Under the pieces are notes generated by a model. It was not told where the DNA came from, made no database searches, and saw nothing but the letters and a program-made list of their open reading frames with translations. Source: Chlorokybus atmophyticus (taxonomy: Eukaryota > Plantae > Mesostigma and Chlorokybus algae). Taken from it: DNA of 64,000 bases. Of the stretch, positions 33,200 to 47,600 are shown one piece after another. The DNA lies in assembly GCA_009103225.1 (NCBI GenBank), contig RHPI01003389.1:956864-1020863 (forward strand), written 5' to 3'. How positions within the stretch are numbered: the first letter of the stretch is position 1; each line of letters opens with the position of its first letter. The position numbers and the translations under genes were made by a program.

Positions 33200-33482
33200 G
33201 CAACCAGCCACCATCAACCAGAGGATTCAATTCACAAGCAAACAACTAGCCAACTCAAATTACAGATATAGGTACACTACACAACACGATTGAAGAGCCA
33301 CAGCAGCCACTACTGTGGCAACACCGATGCCAACCACATGGCGTGCGCTGAAGCAACAGCCGTCACACAGACCACGATGAATATATCATTGCATCTTGGC
33401 TTCACCCTGCACGCAATCCAGCAATCCATGAGTTACATACAAAGTGCATACGACCACACGAAAGGTCACGCACACCAATCAC

Positions 33483-35159
33483 TCATAGGGGTGAACAGCC
33501 AGCTACAGAAACAGTAGAAAATTGAGTAACTCTTGCGTTACAAACCTGCCAAACTCCATCCCAGGGACTGCCAGCAGGGGCTTCAGCGGGACCGTTCTCC
33601 AAAAGTGGAGGCGACCCGCTCGCTCCTGCCAGCACAGCTTTTTGCATTGCTTTTCGCCTCGCCCTGAAGCCGAGCAGTCTCAGCACGAAGCGAGCCAGCT
33701 CGCCGTACAACACGCCCGCGCGGTCTGCCAGCTGGAGCAGCGCGCTGATGAAGAAGTGCAGCGCGTGCGTGTTCTCATCGACCAGCATGGATATGCGCCC
33801 GAAAAAGGACATCACCGCGTGCATCGACCTCAACACGGACGCCCAAGCACTTGGCGGCCCCTGCATAAACACACAAAGAGAACCATCAGTTGCTGCACAC
33901 ACAACCAATATGCTGACACAACACAATACAACAAACCTGATTGGCTGGGTGATTGGGGTCATTTGGATCTATTGGCTCGCCATTTGGGCCCAGCACAGGT
34001 TGGCCCATGCCGTACGCACCACCTCCCATGCCATAACCCCCACCCATGCCTCCATACATGCCTTGCCTGCCGTACATGGAGCCCCCATAGCCTCCATATG
34101 AACCCATGCTGCCATACGAATTCATGCCACCGTAGCTTGAGCCGTATCCCATCCCGCCACCTCCATACATGCTCGAACCCATGCCGTAACTGGACCCCAC
34201 CCCTCCATACATGCTCGAACCCATGCTCGAACCGTAGCCCCCACCACCATACCCGCCATACGTGCTCCCGCCATACGGCCGGTTGTAACCACCAACACTG
34301 TTGTATGCATTCCCACCATACGCATTCCTATTCACACCTGATAGAACAGCACGAAGTACGTCTGAGCGACTGTTTACTGCCTGTCAACACATGCAAGCAT
34401 CCAACGCCATGCATCGGTTGGCTTGTGTACCATAGGGCTGTTGTGTTGTTGTGCGCATGTTTGTGATGGCGCTCGTGCTGGCCTCTCCACTTGATCTTGC
34501 CTCCCATGGCCGTGCGCCTGGGGTGGAAGAGGGAGGCAGTGTGGACAACTGTGAAGGCGCCGCGGAAGATGACGGATCCAATCCCGCACCCAGCCGCTCC
34601 CACGGCTTCGGCGCTACATGCAATATGCATTTCAGACCATTGCGCGTGTGAAAAGCAGCAACTCGAAAATTGCACTACTAACATTGCACAACTGAATGAC
34701 AAGAAATGTGCAACACGCTAAGTCAACTGGCCGGCAGATGACTTGGAAAACAGAATGAGTCATGGTGATGTTAGGCTGAGAAACTAGCACTTGCTGTCAA
34801 AAGCCCTGTTCAGTTGCTCAACAACCGTGCGTAACAAGACAGACATGTAAGGTCGTTATGTAGAGATCGTTCTTGTGCAACAATCCATCTACTGACAAAA
34901 CTCTACTGGTGCCTAAAACGAGTAACAGCCCGCAAGCTGAACCGACTGCAGAGTAGTGAACTGTGCTGAAGACTAACAGCCAAACAGTTCGTCAAGAGCT
35001 AGAGACAGATGGAAGCTGGAGAATGGCTCTCTGCAGTGTTTACTCAAGGTTGCTTGGGGGCCAAGTCCCTCAGCCCTGCTCACCTGAACCGGGAGGCGAT
35101 GTGCTTGCACCGGCCGCCCTCGCACGCTCCCACGGCTTGGCAGGCGGCGGCCGCGACAT
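33483..35159 (-). CDS. PEX13: Peroxin 13 (plant type), at least 4 exons
   Basis: Exons 35159-35084, 34613-34431, 34337-33937 and 33860-about 33546 join in frame. Repeated PKPWE motifs, Gly/Tyr/Met-rich middle, and FFGRISMLVDENTHALHFFISALLQLADRAGVLYGELARFVLRLLG. The 3' end is uncertain. Confidence 0.92.
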
Positions 35160-35439
35160 CGCGCAGCTTCCAACACCTACCACGCTCCTTGTCCTCTGCA
35201 CAACCCTTGCCTCGCCCTCCGCCTCCTCTTACGCCGCCGCCTCCTTCGCCGCCGTTGCCACGTGGCAATCTGTCAGCACATCTGGTTGAGTTACACAAAC
35301 CCTAGCACATTGCAGATTACGCTCTCAAGTCAAGACACGTATCGAGACACGATTGGCAGCAGCCGTATTTGGGCTCTGCTCACATGACTTGCAAACACTT
35401 GACCAAAAATAGCCCAGAAGGCTGAACGCTTGCGCCAGC

Positions 35440-37792
35440 ATGGCGGCGGCGGCGGCGGTGTCCATGACGGTGCCATCTTCAACGTCATATCCGTACTCAT
35501 CCATTGCCGCAGCCGTTGTCCTGCCGCGGAAGCTCGGCCGCGGGAGGGCTTTAACCCCGGCCTCCTCCCTGGCAGTATGTGCCCGCGCATGCCCACTTGT
35601 CCTTCTCCTTGCCCATGTCCATGTCCATGTCCAGGTCAATGTCCTTGTACATGTATTTGACCTCATCTTCCTCTTCTAGCTCGTCACCGCCGACCCCGAG
35701 GCTCTGGACCCCAAGGACGACGTCTCCAAGGCCAAGTCCAGCGTGGACGGGGTGCTGGACGAGGTGCCTGCGATGGCGAGGCGGGTGCAGAGGGCGGCGG
35801 CGGCGACGACGCTGGCAAAGCTGAGCAAGCAGAGGGCCTCACTGGACAAGGAGAACGCCGCACTCAACGATCTCCCGGCAAAGGACGAGGCGGAAAGGAG
35901 ACAGGCAAACGCCCAAGCACTGCAAGTGAGTGATGAGAGTGAGAGTGAGATCGAGAGTGAGAGTGAGAGAGTGAGTGAGAGTGAGAGTGAGAGTCTTTTC
36001 CATCCCATGCCTTGGTGTGGATTTTGTTGTGTCTATTGGGACTTGTGTGCTGGGTGACACATGTGGGTGTGTGCTCTTGTGTGATTGTGTGTTGTCCTAG
36101 GAGAATGAGGGTGAGATGAAGCAAGCTGAGGCAGCGTGCGCGGCGCTTGTGGATGCGTTCACCAAAGACCCGAGCTCGCTGTCGCCGGGAGTTGCTGCAC
36201 TCTTCCAAGCCCTTGATGAATCAGGCAAGTAGTGTTGTACTATTGTCGTCATTGTGTATAAGTCTCACGTGTTTAGTCAACCTATTGTTGTGGTGTGTGC
36301 TCCAGGGTGCACGACATTTGTTGTGGACGCCTGCTGCCACCCTGCTGAGGCAGTCTACTCGCAGCGAGTGAGTAGAGAAAGATGCTTGATACTGATGCAA
36401 CGCAGTTCCAACACAGTCAATGTTGTGTGCATGTTTGTGCGTGTGCTTTGGCTTGTTGCTTATTGTTCGTCTCTTTGCAGCCGACAGAGTACCCATGGAT
36501 GGAGAAGGCCGAGGCACTTCTAGCGCTCTTTCTGAAACACCTTGACAGGTTTGTGTAACACTCCCATGAGCACAACAAACACACATCAGCCCGTATAACC
36601 ACTTCACAATGTATCTGTCACACACATACATACACTTGCAGAGAGAGGGGTGCAGAGGCGTCAACAAAGGTGCGCATCATCTCGCGAGTCATGCCGCCCG
36701 TCTCACTCGAAGCCGAGGCCATCGCCGCACAAGTGAGTAGTAATTGTGTTGTCCACACACACGTGTGTAACAGTCTCAGACCCCAACAATATGTCATGTA
36801 TAGGTGGAGGCGGGGGTGGAGAGGTCGCTGGCGGCGTTGGGTGACTTGAGCTCGCTGGACGGCGTGTTGCTTCATTGGCACGACTATGATGAGGACAATG
36901 GCGGGTATTTGCGTGCACTGGGTGTGCTCAAACGCCTATGCGCCGAAGGCAAGGTAGGGGAGGAGAGAGAAAGTGAGCGTGCGCGTGCATGTGTGTGCGT
37001 GCCTGTGCTTGTTGGTGTGCGTGTGACAAGGACACATGTTACGCACAGGTCAAGGAGTTTGGGCTTGTTGGGTGCGGGTCAGGCCACTTGCATCGGGCTC
37101 TGGATGCAGGGATTCCCATCTCCATCGTGCAGGTGAGAGAGTGCAGTGCCGAAGGCCGTGTTGCTTGAGCCACCACCACGTCACGCTGAGAGAGGTTTGC
37201 GTGCGTGTCTTGGAAAGGTACGGTTCTCCCTGCTTGAGCAAGACGCCAAGCGCAACGGGCTGCTGGCGCTGTGCGCAAAACGCGGCATCCGCGTGTTCTG
37301 CCAAGACGCGGATGGCGCGGGCCTGCTGTCCGAAGCCTACTTGGGCAAGGTGAAACAACAATACTACCCCATGCGGCAACGTTGCCCATGAATCAGACAG
37401 CCCAACGTACTGTCCTCACACAGGTGTTGCCTGGCATGGAGGGAGGCCGCACGTTGGACCTTGCTAATCCAGAGGACGTGGCGGTGTCCAGTGTGCTGCG
37501 CAGCGTGGAGCGCGAGGGCGGGGCGGAGGTCTTCCAGGCTCTACTGGCGGTGCTGAATCGCTTGGCCAGCAGCCAGGGAGTGACCATCGCCGATGTGGCG
37601 CTCGCGTGGGTTCGCGCCCACCCCGCCTGCCATCCCATGCAAATGGCTGGTCTCGGCCTCGCGAGCAGCAGTAAAGACAGTGGCAGCTCAGCAGACAAGT
37701 CAGGCGGTGCGGTGTTGAGCGTGCAGCTATGCGAAGTGGACATGAAAGCTATTGATGATGTGTCAACAGGGGAACAATCAGGAAGGTCGTAG
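35440..37792 (+). CDS. Aldo-keto reductase-like protein with a probable plastid transit peptide (multi-exon)
   Basis: Ser/Ala-rich N-terminus. VERSLAALGDLSSLDGVLLHWHDY...ALGVLKRLCAEGKVKEFGL and QGVTIADVALAWV are AKR-fold motifs. GT-AG exons; catalytic residues look divergent. Confidence 0.7.
35935..35995. repeat. (GAGAGT)n microsatellite in an intron
   Basis: Direct reading of the sequence. Confidence 0.8.
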
Positions 37793-38220
37793 TTCATGCC
37801 AAGCAACACAGCGATTAGGGCTGTCTTTGTAAATAACAAACCAAGGGCCTGCTGGAACACAAGTGACTTGCACGAGGGTGAGTGTGTCTCAATTGCTTTG
37901 CTGCCTGACGCTAACAGACAGTGTGGCTGACCACCGCATGTGGCTGGACACATAGAGTGAGAGCGTGTGTCATGCATTGCATGGCATAATGTCACATCAA
38001 TGCCTTTGCCTATCCACCTGTGCACGTGCAGTGAAAAACCAACGGACAGTACTACATTTACATTCAACGTCACACCTATAGCATGGCCAAGCCTGCGCAC
38101 AGCTGCTCACCAATGCAGCAGCAGCTGTGGTACAGTATACTACACATATTACTACAATTTACTGTGCCACTAGCGATACACAAGAAAAGGACCCCATTGC
38201 GAGATTACCCGACACCCGCC

Positions 38221-41200
38221 TCACTGTCCATACGCATTGTATGCAACCCAGTCGAAGGCAATCGGCCCGAGCAGATGGCGCGGCAAACCCCACGAATCCA
38301 CCAGTGTCAGCGCGTGCGGGCGAACCTGTGTGGCAAAATGGATCGGAGTTAGACTGCTGGTGCATGCGCATTGGAATGCATAACTCAGGAAGTGTGGGGC
38401 TTGGCCCAAATGTACCTGCTTGCAGAGGGCTGCAACTTGCTGGTGCACTTGCTGTGATTGCTTGGGCGAGATGTAGCCATAACGCAGCAGCGTGGGCTCT
38501 TCGTCCATGACCGCAAGCGCGTGCAGGGAGCGCAACAGCTCAAGCGCGTCACGGATAGGCCCAGTTTGCTTGTCAATTGCTTTCTGCAATGGAGTAACAG
38601 AATGATTACCAACTGCGCTGAACATCAACTCTAGGTCAAGAACTTGGGTACTGAGTACCTGCATGGCCTCCAGAACAGTGCGCTCGCCATATGCTCGGCC
38701 CAAAGAGGTGGACAGCTGGTATGCCTCGTTGAAGGCGTCAAAGATGTTCATACCATCACCGACAAGCTGCTGGATGCGCACGGCCAGGCGATCGAGCTGA
38801 TCGCGCTCCCAAAGTGCAAACACCGCATGCTGGAATGCGTATGACTGCACATCTGCATCTTGACCTGGCGCGGCCGGAGGTGGTGGCAGCTTGACACCTT
38901 TGCGTAGAGCTGAGGCATGGTCTTGCAACAAGGACTTGGACACCTGCAAATGAAAGAAAGAAATTGGTTACCAGCACATGCAGTGCGAACACAGTAGAGG
39001 CCACAACACATACCTGCTGCATGAGAACATTGTTGTCGCCCTCAAAGGACAGCATGATCTCGTGCTCGCTCTTCAACGGGCCGATGCGGTTATCTGTCTT
39101 GTACCCCTGCCCACCGCAGGCCTCGCGGCACTCCTGCAGCGTGCGCGACATGTTCCACGTCATGAGGGCCTTGTACGCAGACGAGTTCACGTGAATGATC
39201 TTGGCGTCTGCTGCAGTGCGGCTGACGAAAGCCAGCTTGAGCTCATTCGCTGCAAAGTTGAGAGCATAGACGCGGGCCAGCAGCGGCAGCAGACGGCGCT
39301 GATGGCTCGGGTAGTCCAGGATGGGCATCTCAGGATCGTCGGGGGAAGGCGAGAACGCCCTCCTGCCCAACGCATAGCGGAGTGTTGTGGCCAGGCCAAT
39401 CTTTGAGACGCCATTGGACTGGATGGCAATGGCTACACGGCCGCCAGTCAGAGGTGCCATGAGGGCTGCAAAGCGCTGGTCAGCGTCCTTGATACGTGAC
39501 ACGTAGCGGCCTTCAGGTGTGACATCGGCAACCGCGTTGAGCAACTCCTCACGCTTGACACGGACATGGTCAAACCAGATGCGGCCATTGTCGACACCGT
39601 TCAGGCCCAACTTGTGCCCACAGTCTGCAATGCGAATGCCGCGGCAGTTGCGGCCATTGTCATCTCGCAGTCTCACCACGAAAGCGTGGACACCCTTGTT
39701 TTCACCTTCCATGTCCAGCTGCGCAAATGCAATCGTGTGTGTGGCGCTCTGTGCAGCACCACCGATCCAGTACTTCTGGGCTGAGTCGCACGGTGTGTGT
39801 ATCACAAACTCTTGGGATGCTGAGTCATAGATCGCTGTGGTCTCAATACCGCGCACATTTGAGCCATGCCCCAACTCCGTGAGCGCAAAACAACCCTGCA
39901 TAACCATATCAAAGTCAACAGTGGACCAAAGCTCTAGACATTCGTCATGCAAAGCCAAGCTGCACTGGTAAGCTACTCAGTTGCGCAGGACATGTTAAAG
40001 CACAATGCAAAATGGCTTCACCAAGCCCTTTTACAACTCAACTTCCCGTCAGCGATTTCTCTCCCTCCCCCCCCCCTCCACTAACATCCCCCTCTCCCCC
40101 TACCGTCTAACAGGTTGACAGGACACAACTCCAGAACACAATGTCAGTGCATGCCTATCGCAAACCCACCAAACCCAAACAGCTCACCTTGATGTCAAGG
40201 CGTTCAGTCTTGCCAATATACTTCTCATGGTGTCGCTGCGTGCCGAGGTACAAAATTGAGCCACCAAACAGCTGGAAGTGGACTCCAGTCTTGACAGCCT
40301 GGGAGTGGTCAAAAAGGGACACGGCTTCCGATACAGCCAGCATGCGCAAGTTCACTGCAGGGTCTGTAGTCAAGCAGCCTTGATACCAGCCATTGGCAAT
40401 CATATACTCTATGCGCCTCATGGTCGCAGCTCGTTGCTCCTGCAACCACAAATGAGTAAAAGGGGTTAAGGCCATGTTTACTCAGAGTGATAGACGATGA
40501 CCATTCCACAGGCATCCACAGGCACATCAGGCATGACTCCAAAAACTCCAAACTCGCTAACATCACGCGACAAGCGCAACTCGCTCAACAGGACTACCAG
40601 CTGATAAGTTCATGCGTTTTCTTGTTCATTAAGCAAAAAACCGAAAACTTATCTGACCTGCATGGTGGTATTGTAGTCCATCTGCGAGAACCCCTTGGGA
40701 CCTCGGAAGATGTCTTCGGTTGCAAAGATTTGGAAGACTTCGTCTCGCACATCTAGGTGGTGCATGTCCAGCAGACGTCGCATTTCACCCGCATTGAAGG
40801 TCGCAGCACCTGCACGAAGCAACGCAACTTGTGCGTCTTGCTTGAAATAATCAACCTGACAGACAAACGGCAATCTTTGCCGAGCAGTGTCCGCTCTGTG
40901 ATCGATCACAGTGTCGTGCATGAGACTGCTAGTGTTGCAAAGCACTTGTAACGGGCAAAAGGGAACCGAGAAGAAACTTCGAGAACAGCTGCTGTTGTGT
41001 ATGAATGCCACATGCTAGCAGCCCAGTGCATGCAAGACTGCCTTGTCACGATGTTGAGCAGAAGCCAATTTGATATTACTTGCTTCAGATTGGTTGTTTC
41101 GCGATGCAAAAATAACTAATCTGAGCTCGACATAAATCATGCCCACCACCCATAAGACAACCTTGGACATTCAAGGTTATCCGTCGTCAAGGCAACAGCA

Positions 41201-41420
41201 CTGCGTTGTGTTCTATACAACGCTCAGGCAACCAGCCAACAACCACTCGTCGTCTTAACGCCATTCGCACGTCCAAATGCTTACCTTCAAGGCTTTCTGG
41301 AGGAAGGTAAGCCAGGCATTCGCTCCTCTCCAGAGCGCCGCCCGCCGACGCGGCAGGCGAGGGGTAATTCGCCACATGCCGAGCGAGCACCTCCGCCCGG
41401 CGGGCGGCACGGCCAGCCAT
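38221..41420 (-). CDS. ACX3: Peroxisomal acyl-CoA oxidase, ACX3-like (multi-exon)
   Basis: N-terminal RAEVLARHV (PTS2-like), [72 protein letters not shown]-like segment and [11 protein letters not shown]. Confidence 0.93.
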
Positions 41421-41993
41421 CTGCAACAACACCCGGTGCACAACCTCTATTACGAATCAAGCGAAACCTTTTTTCAACAACGCACACAACGACAACCACC
41501 CTCCCGCTGCTGTCGCCACCGCCGCCGCTGCCTGGCTGAAGATAGACACAACGCCAAGGAATTGAGCGGTTAGTTACGCGGTCACATGGTCCAAGCCTAA
41601 CCGGAATCTACCTAGCCCCGCAGTGCACTTCGCAGCTTGCATAGGTGAAGAACCTAACCGAAGTGAAGGACTTGACCAACGAGGCTGGCGTCAGTCTTGT
41701 GCTGATCCGTCACGACTCGAAACTCGCTTTTGCTGTCGTCATCGACCACGGATAAGTTCAAACATAGGCGATCCGACGGACAGGCCGTGTTCCCGCCACA
41801 TCTGATGGTGAGGGTTGCATGCTTCGACGTCCGACGTGGCGGCATGCGCGTGGCCTCATTATGGTGGCCACGACACACAGGCTGTTGGTTAGGGTGGGCC
41901 TTATTGAATAACGGAGCCTTAACGGGGGGAGACTGTACACATTCGTGTTTTTACAAACCTCTGTATGAAGTTGCTGCATGTCTGCACCACCCG

Positions 41994-42066
41994 TCCTGCG
42001 TAGTCTAGTTGGTTAGGATACTCGGCTCTCACCCGAGAGACCCGGGTTCAAGTCCCGGCGCAGGAA
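41994..42066 (+). tRNA. trnE-CUC: tRNA-Glu (CTC)
   Basis: Acceptor stem TCCTGCG/CGCAGGA, anticodon arm CTCGG-CTCTCAC-CCGAG, T-loop GGTTCAAGTCC, and downstream T-runs. Confidence 0.96.
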
Positions 42067-43499
42067 AACTCACGTTTTGCGTTTTTGCTTTGCAAGCAGC
42101 CCCAGCATGGACACATGACCGCTCTGCAGACTCGGCCGAGACGCTGCCGCGCGCCGTGGCCAGCCAGGCCTCCTCCTCCGCAGGGCAGCCAAGGCGGAAG
42201 ACAACCTCCTCGCCGTGTCAAAGAGTCTACCCCACCAGGCAGAGCACAAACCATGAGTTGGTCATGTGTGTTGATACCGCGCTCTTCATATAAAAATTAC
42301 ATATAATACACAACATGCTACTCATATACGAGTACATACGGGTGAGCAACGTCCTCTTCATGGCTACATTAAAGCCAAATAGCCATAGCATCGAGAATAA
42401 CGGATGTTTCAATAACTGCTATGTAATCGTAGCGATCACTTAATCGTGTAACTTTACTATGAAGCACTTCGTCTTAAGACGTACCTACAATGCCTCGACT
42501 ATCTGCAATTATCTCACACAATCCCATACGGAGAATGCACATGCTTGTTACGAAAGTGGTTACCCATTCAGATATATTGATTGTGTCATGTGATCGCAAA
42601 CAACCTGTTTACATATCGCAATGGGTATTGCTGAGCATTGCTAATTACTAGCGTTGAAAAGCTTAACTGTACTGGCTGTAGTGCAGATTCACACTTCATG
42701 GTGCGGTTAAAATATTAATGATAACTTGACGCGTAAACATTACGCTTTATACGCTACATGCAATAAGTGCAACGTATGCTGTTGATGCTAGTCTCAGCAA
42801 GCCCAGCTTTACCAGCAGAATTTGTTCGACTGTTGACCATGTTTGATGACGCAGTAACTAGAGCGTGTAATCAATTAGCGTTAATTGGTAGAGTGGATCA
42901 GTTACAACGAGGGTAAGCAGTGGCGGCATGTCTCTGGGGTATGGGGCCTGTCCCGACCTCGTACCACCAAAAATGCGGCCATTTTACCACTAACTGTGCT
43001 GCAATTGCACCGAATTGCTAGCTATTTTGGGTCGCCGTTGGCAAGCAGTTGCCGCCGAGATAGTTCTCCGCATTTTTTGTGCATCTTTGCAATGATTGGC
43101 CAATACGCTGCCTTTTTTAGAAACGGTTGCTGTCACCGTTGCGATCCCATTTAATTAAATTCATGAGTGACCAAATGGTGGCCTAAAGATGCGATTATTC
43201 GTTTAATTGAATCTTAACGTTAAGGTAATTCAGGTTAGCATTGTTTTACTGGCTGTAACCTTGGCATTACTTACTGAATATCTTAGCACGTACCGTGGCA
43301 TGAACGTTACGTTATATACTACGTGTTGTAACACTTAACTGCAGGTTGCTAGCCATATTGCACCATATCGCAGCATATGTGCTTTATATTGCGACACATT
43401 GGAAATATTATGCATGTGAACTCTGCTTCCGAAGCTTGAGTCAATCTGGAGTCAATGCACGCCCCAATTGCTAGATTGTGCCGAGATGGTTCTTTTAGA

Positions 43500-46400
43500 T
43501 GGCGACAAATGCCAGGGCAGTTGATGTGTTCCAGTCGGTAATGTTCCGTCATCCGCTATGACTCACGAGCAACACTACGATTTGTCTCGGCATTGCGAAT
43601 TGTGGAACGACTGCGATGATATGCTCTCCTCTTGGCAAGATGCACAACATATTGTTGTCACATGAATGCAATGTTGTTCTTTGTGCGGGCATGTACAGTT
43701 TTACTCTCCTGCTGCTACTTATCGTCCAAGGTATCGACAATCAGTACCCACTGTTGCACCATATGATTTGGCTAATGTCTTCATGTCCCCTTAAACCAAG
43801 TGTGATAGTAATTACTACCAATGCCATCGATGTAGTCATGGGTCGAAGCGTTCCAGTTACATTGTGTTACACAGCGCATTGTACATTCGCAAGTTGTTGG
43901 AGGCACATCTCATGGTAATGCACATGTTGTCCCTTGTCAACACGTCAATGGTGCTTCACATCTTATATAACTCGTATAGTTTCACTTCTGGCCAAGTTCA
44001 GTAGTTGGACATGATTAACGGTCCGTTTATCACTAGGGATGATTTTACACAGCAGAGCCAACATGCCACCTTGTTGCTGAAGTTGTTGAGGGCTATTATC
44101 GTCCAACACTCTCGCTTAATAATACCAGACCTTAGCAGAACAACCATTTGGTTTGATGGCATTCCCACTGTTGGTTCATCTACTACTCGTAGCAATGTGT
44201 CTCGTGCATAGCATTGTAATCCTTTGAACATTGCTGGTGGATCAGCATACACATACGTTTTAACTACTTTGTTGCTATTTCCTTCGCGCAGCACAGTTGA
44301 AGTCACAGTGGACACCATGTTGCGCGTTGGACATATGTCGCTGCGTGAGCCTTGTGTTCCTCTTTTGATACACATGGATACAGGTGGTGCGTACAACATT
44401 CCTAGTTTAACTGTTGAGTCTGCTCTGTTTCCCATGTTGTTTTCACACAATCGTGGGTTCTTTGATGGTAACGCGTACAGCAAACTGTCAGATTATGTCA
44501 AGTTCCGTATCACACAATCGTTCTCAGTTTTCACATTGTACAAGCCTTATTATTATTTGCTGTTGATGTACTAGATTCGTCAATTGCTTCCCACAATCAG
44601 AAAGTGCCGCGACATTGTTGTGGACGCTAATATTGAAAAGTTCCTCAAACAACGACCTACTGCCACAATCAACGATGCCATCAAAAACGCTGCAACATTT
44701 CGTGTCCCTGGTGACATCATTGGATCTCCGAGTTGGCATCGACAAAAGTTGAGTGAGCTGCTGTGTTTGGGCATTGGGGTATGCCTCATCTCTGTGTCAC
44801 CATGATTGCAGATGAAGTGTCCAATACCAAATTCCCTAAGATCATTATTGATTTGCAGAATGTTCTCCACAACGTCTCCACGCAACTCAGTTGGCGCGAT
44901 GCCCCTGTGGAGTGCTCACGTTTGTTTCATCATCGGTTCAGCACCTTCTTTGAAGAATACATCATGCAAAAGGATATTCTGAAACGTGTAATGCACTATG
45001 TTATCAGGTATGAAACACAACACCGTGGATCTTTGCATGCACATGTTATGTTGTGGTTACACCCCGATGATGTTAAACGAGTTGGCAATGAAATCACTGC
45101 GTTTATCCCCGGAGATTTTGATTTGCAAATCAGCAAATGGTTGTACCAACTGATTCCAAACTGCGAGTTCCTTATAAATATGTTATACGCAAGCAAATGC
45201 ACAAGTGTTCTGATGTTGGCATTGGCTGCAGAGTATTTAACAACAAATGCGACATGGGCTTTCCATATCTTGTACAACCAGATTGTCGACCTGAGATCCA
45301 CACAAAAATGCGCAGGTACGACTATTACAGACCACGCACTTGTGACCGCAATGTTGTTCCCACACATTTAGTGCTTTTATTGTTGTGGGTTGCTCATTGT
45401 AATGTGTTCCAAGTCAATGACAGTCATTGGAGCAAGTATTTGGTGAAGTACACAACCAAAATGAAACCTTGTGGCACTGTTGATGATACATTTGACGCCA
45501 ATGCACTCGGTTTGCAAGGATTGACTGTTAACGAATAGCGTATATTGAACACAATGTACTTGTCCAAACCCATTGCTCCAGCTGAAGCTACTTTGATATG
45601 TTTGGATATTCCCTTCATGCTAATGTCGTCCAATGTAAAATATGTTGACACGCGTTTGCCTAACAATCGTTCCTGCATAGTGAACAGTCGTGCACAGACA
45701 GTGATTGTGCATCCCATTCATCGTATTTGTGTCAGGCCTGACGAGGTGGAAAGAGTAACAATGTACAACTACTTTCGACAGTACATGCACCGAGATGGAG
45801 ACACTATTCCACATGACACTGTGCGTACTTTAAGAGACAGATTGAATACATTCGTTTATGAGTTAGCTGTCCCACGCATCAACAGATTCAACGGATCACC
45901 ATCCCGTACACAGCATTGAGAGGTTTTGTTTCAATTGACTTGTTCAGCGGGTTACTTTTCGTTCTGAAGTTAATGTTATTTTTTTGAACAACCAATCACG
46001 CACTTACTTACTATGAAGAATGTGTGTTGCGGGGTTTCATTAAAAACACAAACCGCAATTTGTTGACACATGTCACGCGCTATGCCGAACGTCATTTATA
46101 CAATGATGTTAAGATTCACCATATGATGAACGCCATGATGCCGACCACTGATAATGCTATCGATGCCTTGTCTATGGCTGCAGCTGGTCCGACAGACAAC
46201 GAAATTGCACTAAAACCTATTACGCAGTATTCAACAGCAACATCATCCAATCCTGCATCTCCAGCTTCAACTGTGACAACGAACTCAGATGTATCACCTC
46301 CTATGTTTCAAGGTATATTGAAAGTTGAGGAGTTTGCGTTTGCGAACAATTTGTCTTTGACCAGCCAGCAAGAACGCACTGCAAATAGTATCATTGCAGC

Positions 46401-47600
46401 CCCGGTTGGTCTACATGTGATATCTGGTTGTCCAAGAGCAAGCAAAACATTTTTGACCACATTCATCACTCACAAGTTGCGCGTTGCTGGGATACCTGTT
46501 TTACTCAGTGCTACAACTGGCGCTGCGGCTGAGCTCATTAGCTTCAACTGCACATTGCAACTTCGCAATACCTATCAACGGTTAGCAACTCCGGTTTTTA
46601 ACTGCTATGGATGATGCTTACAAACTGTTATGTCACTGTCGAATGTTTATTATTGACGAGTTTTTCATGATGACATCGCGGTTTATTGACTTGGTGTTGC
46701 TGCGCTTACAACAAGTCCATGGATTGGAATTTCTACACACAATTGGCGTTGTATTGGTTAGTGACCACAAGCAACTGCCAGCAGCAGTTTGTGGACACAA
46801 AGTCCAAGATACATCGCAGGTTTGCCACAAATACCATATTACTGCATCACAGAGGTGGCCATTACGTAGGCAACATGTTCTTTCTGTTTCAGTGCGTCAC
46901 GCTTCAGACCTTCTGTTTGCTCAATTCATGATTCGGATGCGATCTGGCATACCGAGTTTAACAAGAATCGCACATGCGTTTGGTTGCTATCTGGTCACTT
47001 CGGTGTACTTACAGCAGTTAACAAGTGATGCAACCATATTGTGTTAACATGTACAAGACACACTGGCTTTCAACATGATTGTGAAACAACGTTTTGCAGC
47101 AAATGCCATTGTGCCAATACAAATTACTTCTAATGCAGTGAATGTGCCCGAATTGTACAACTGAATTCACACGCCCAAGTTCAACTTATTACCTTCAGTC
47201 GCCAAGGGAGCAAAGGTGTTATTTTTGGAAAACGTTTCATTGCAGGATGGTGTAGCCAATGGGTCTTTGGGAACAGTGACGCAGTTCAGCTACTACAAAG
47301 GTAAAGTGAGTAGTATATAAGTTACATTTGATCACTTGGCAGAATCCATGTGGATGCGCCGAACAATACAGCAAACAACAACATTTCAAGGCAAAACGTA
47401 CTACAAAGCTGTGTTTCCTTTGCAGCTAGCGTGCGCAATAACGTTGCACAAGTCTAAAAGTGCAACGCTACAATCAACCACTGTGGTCCACATGCAGGAA
47501 GCTTTTGCTCTTGGATTGTAGTATGTAGCGTTGTAACGTGTGACAAACAGGGCCTATTTACGGTTGACGCATTTGCTGCGCCCTGAAGATGACGCCCGTT
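43500..47600 (+). mobile_element. Degenerate Helitron Rep-PIF1 helicase coding region
   Basis: ESALFPMLFSHNRG, GSPSWHRQKL, HUH motif YETQHRGSLHAHVMLW, YLVKYTTK. Helicase motifs ISGCPRASKT, SATTGAAA, IIDEF, DHKQLP, FPLQLACAITLHKS, YVAL. Many stops; termini not located. Confidence 0.9.

Noticed and set aside
32250-33290. Overlapping Cys/His-rich ORFs
   Set aside because: They arise from TG/CA-rich composition and the 120-bp duplication between two convergent genes.
33886-34335. Novel Gly/Tyr-rich structural protein
   Set aside because: It is the low-complexity middle exon of PEX13.
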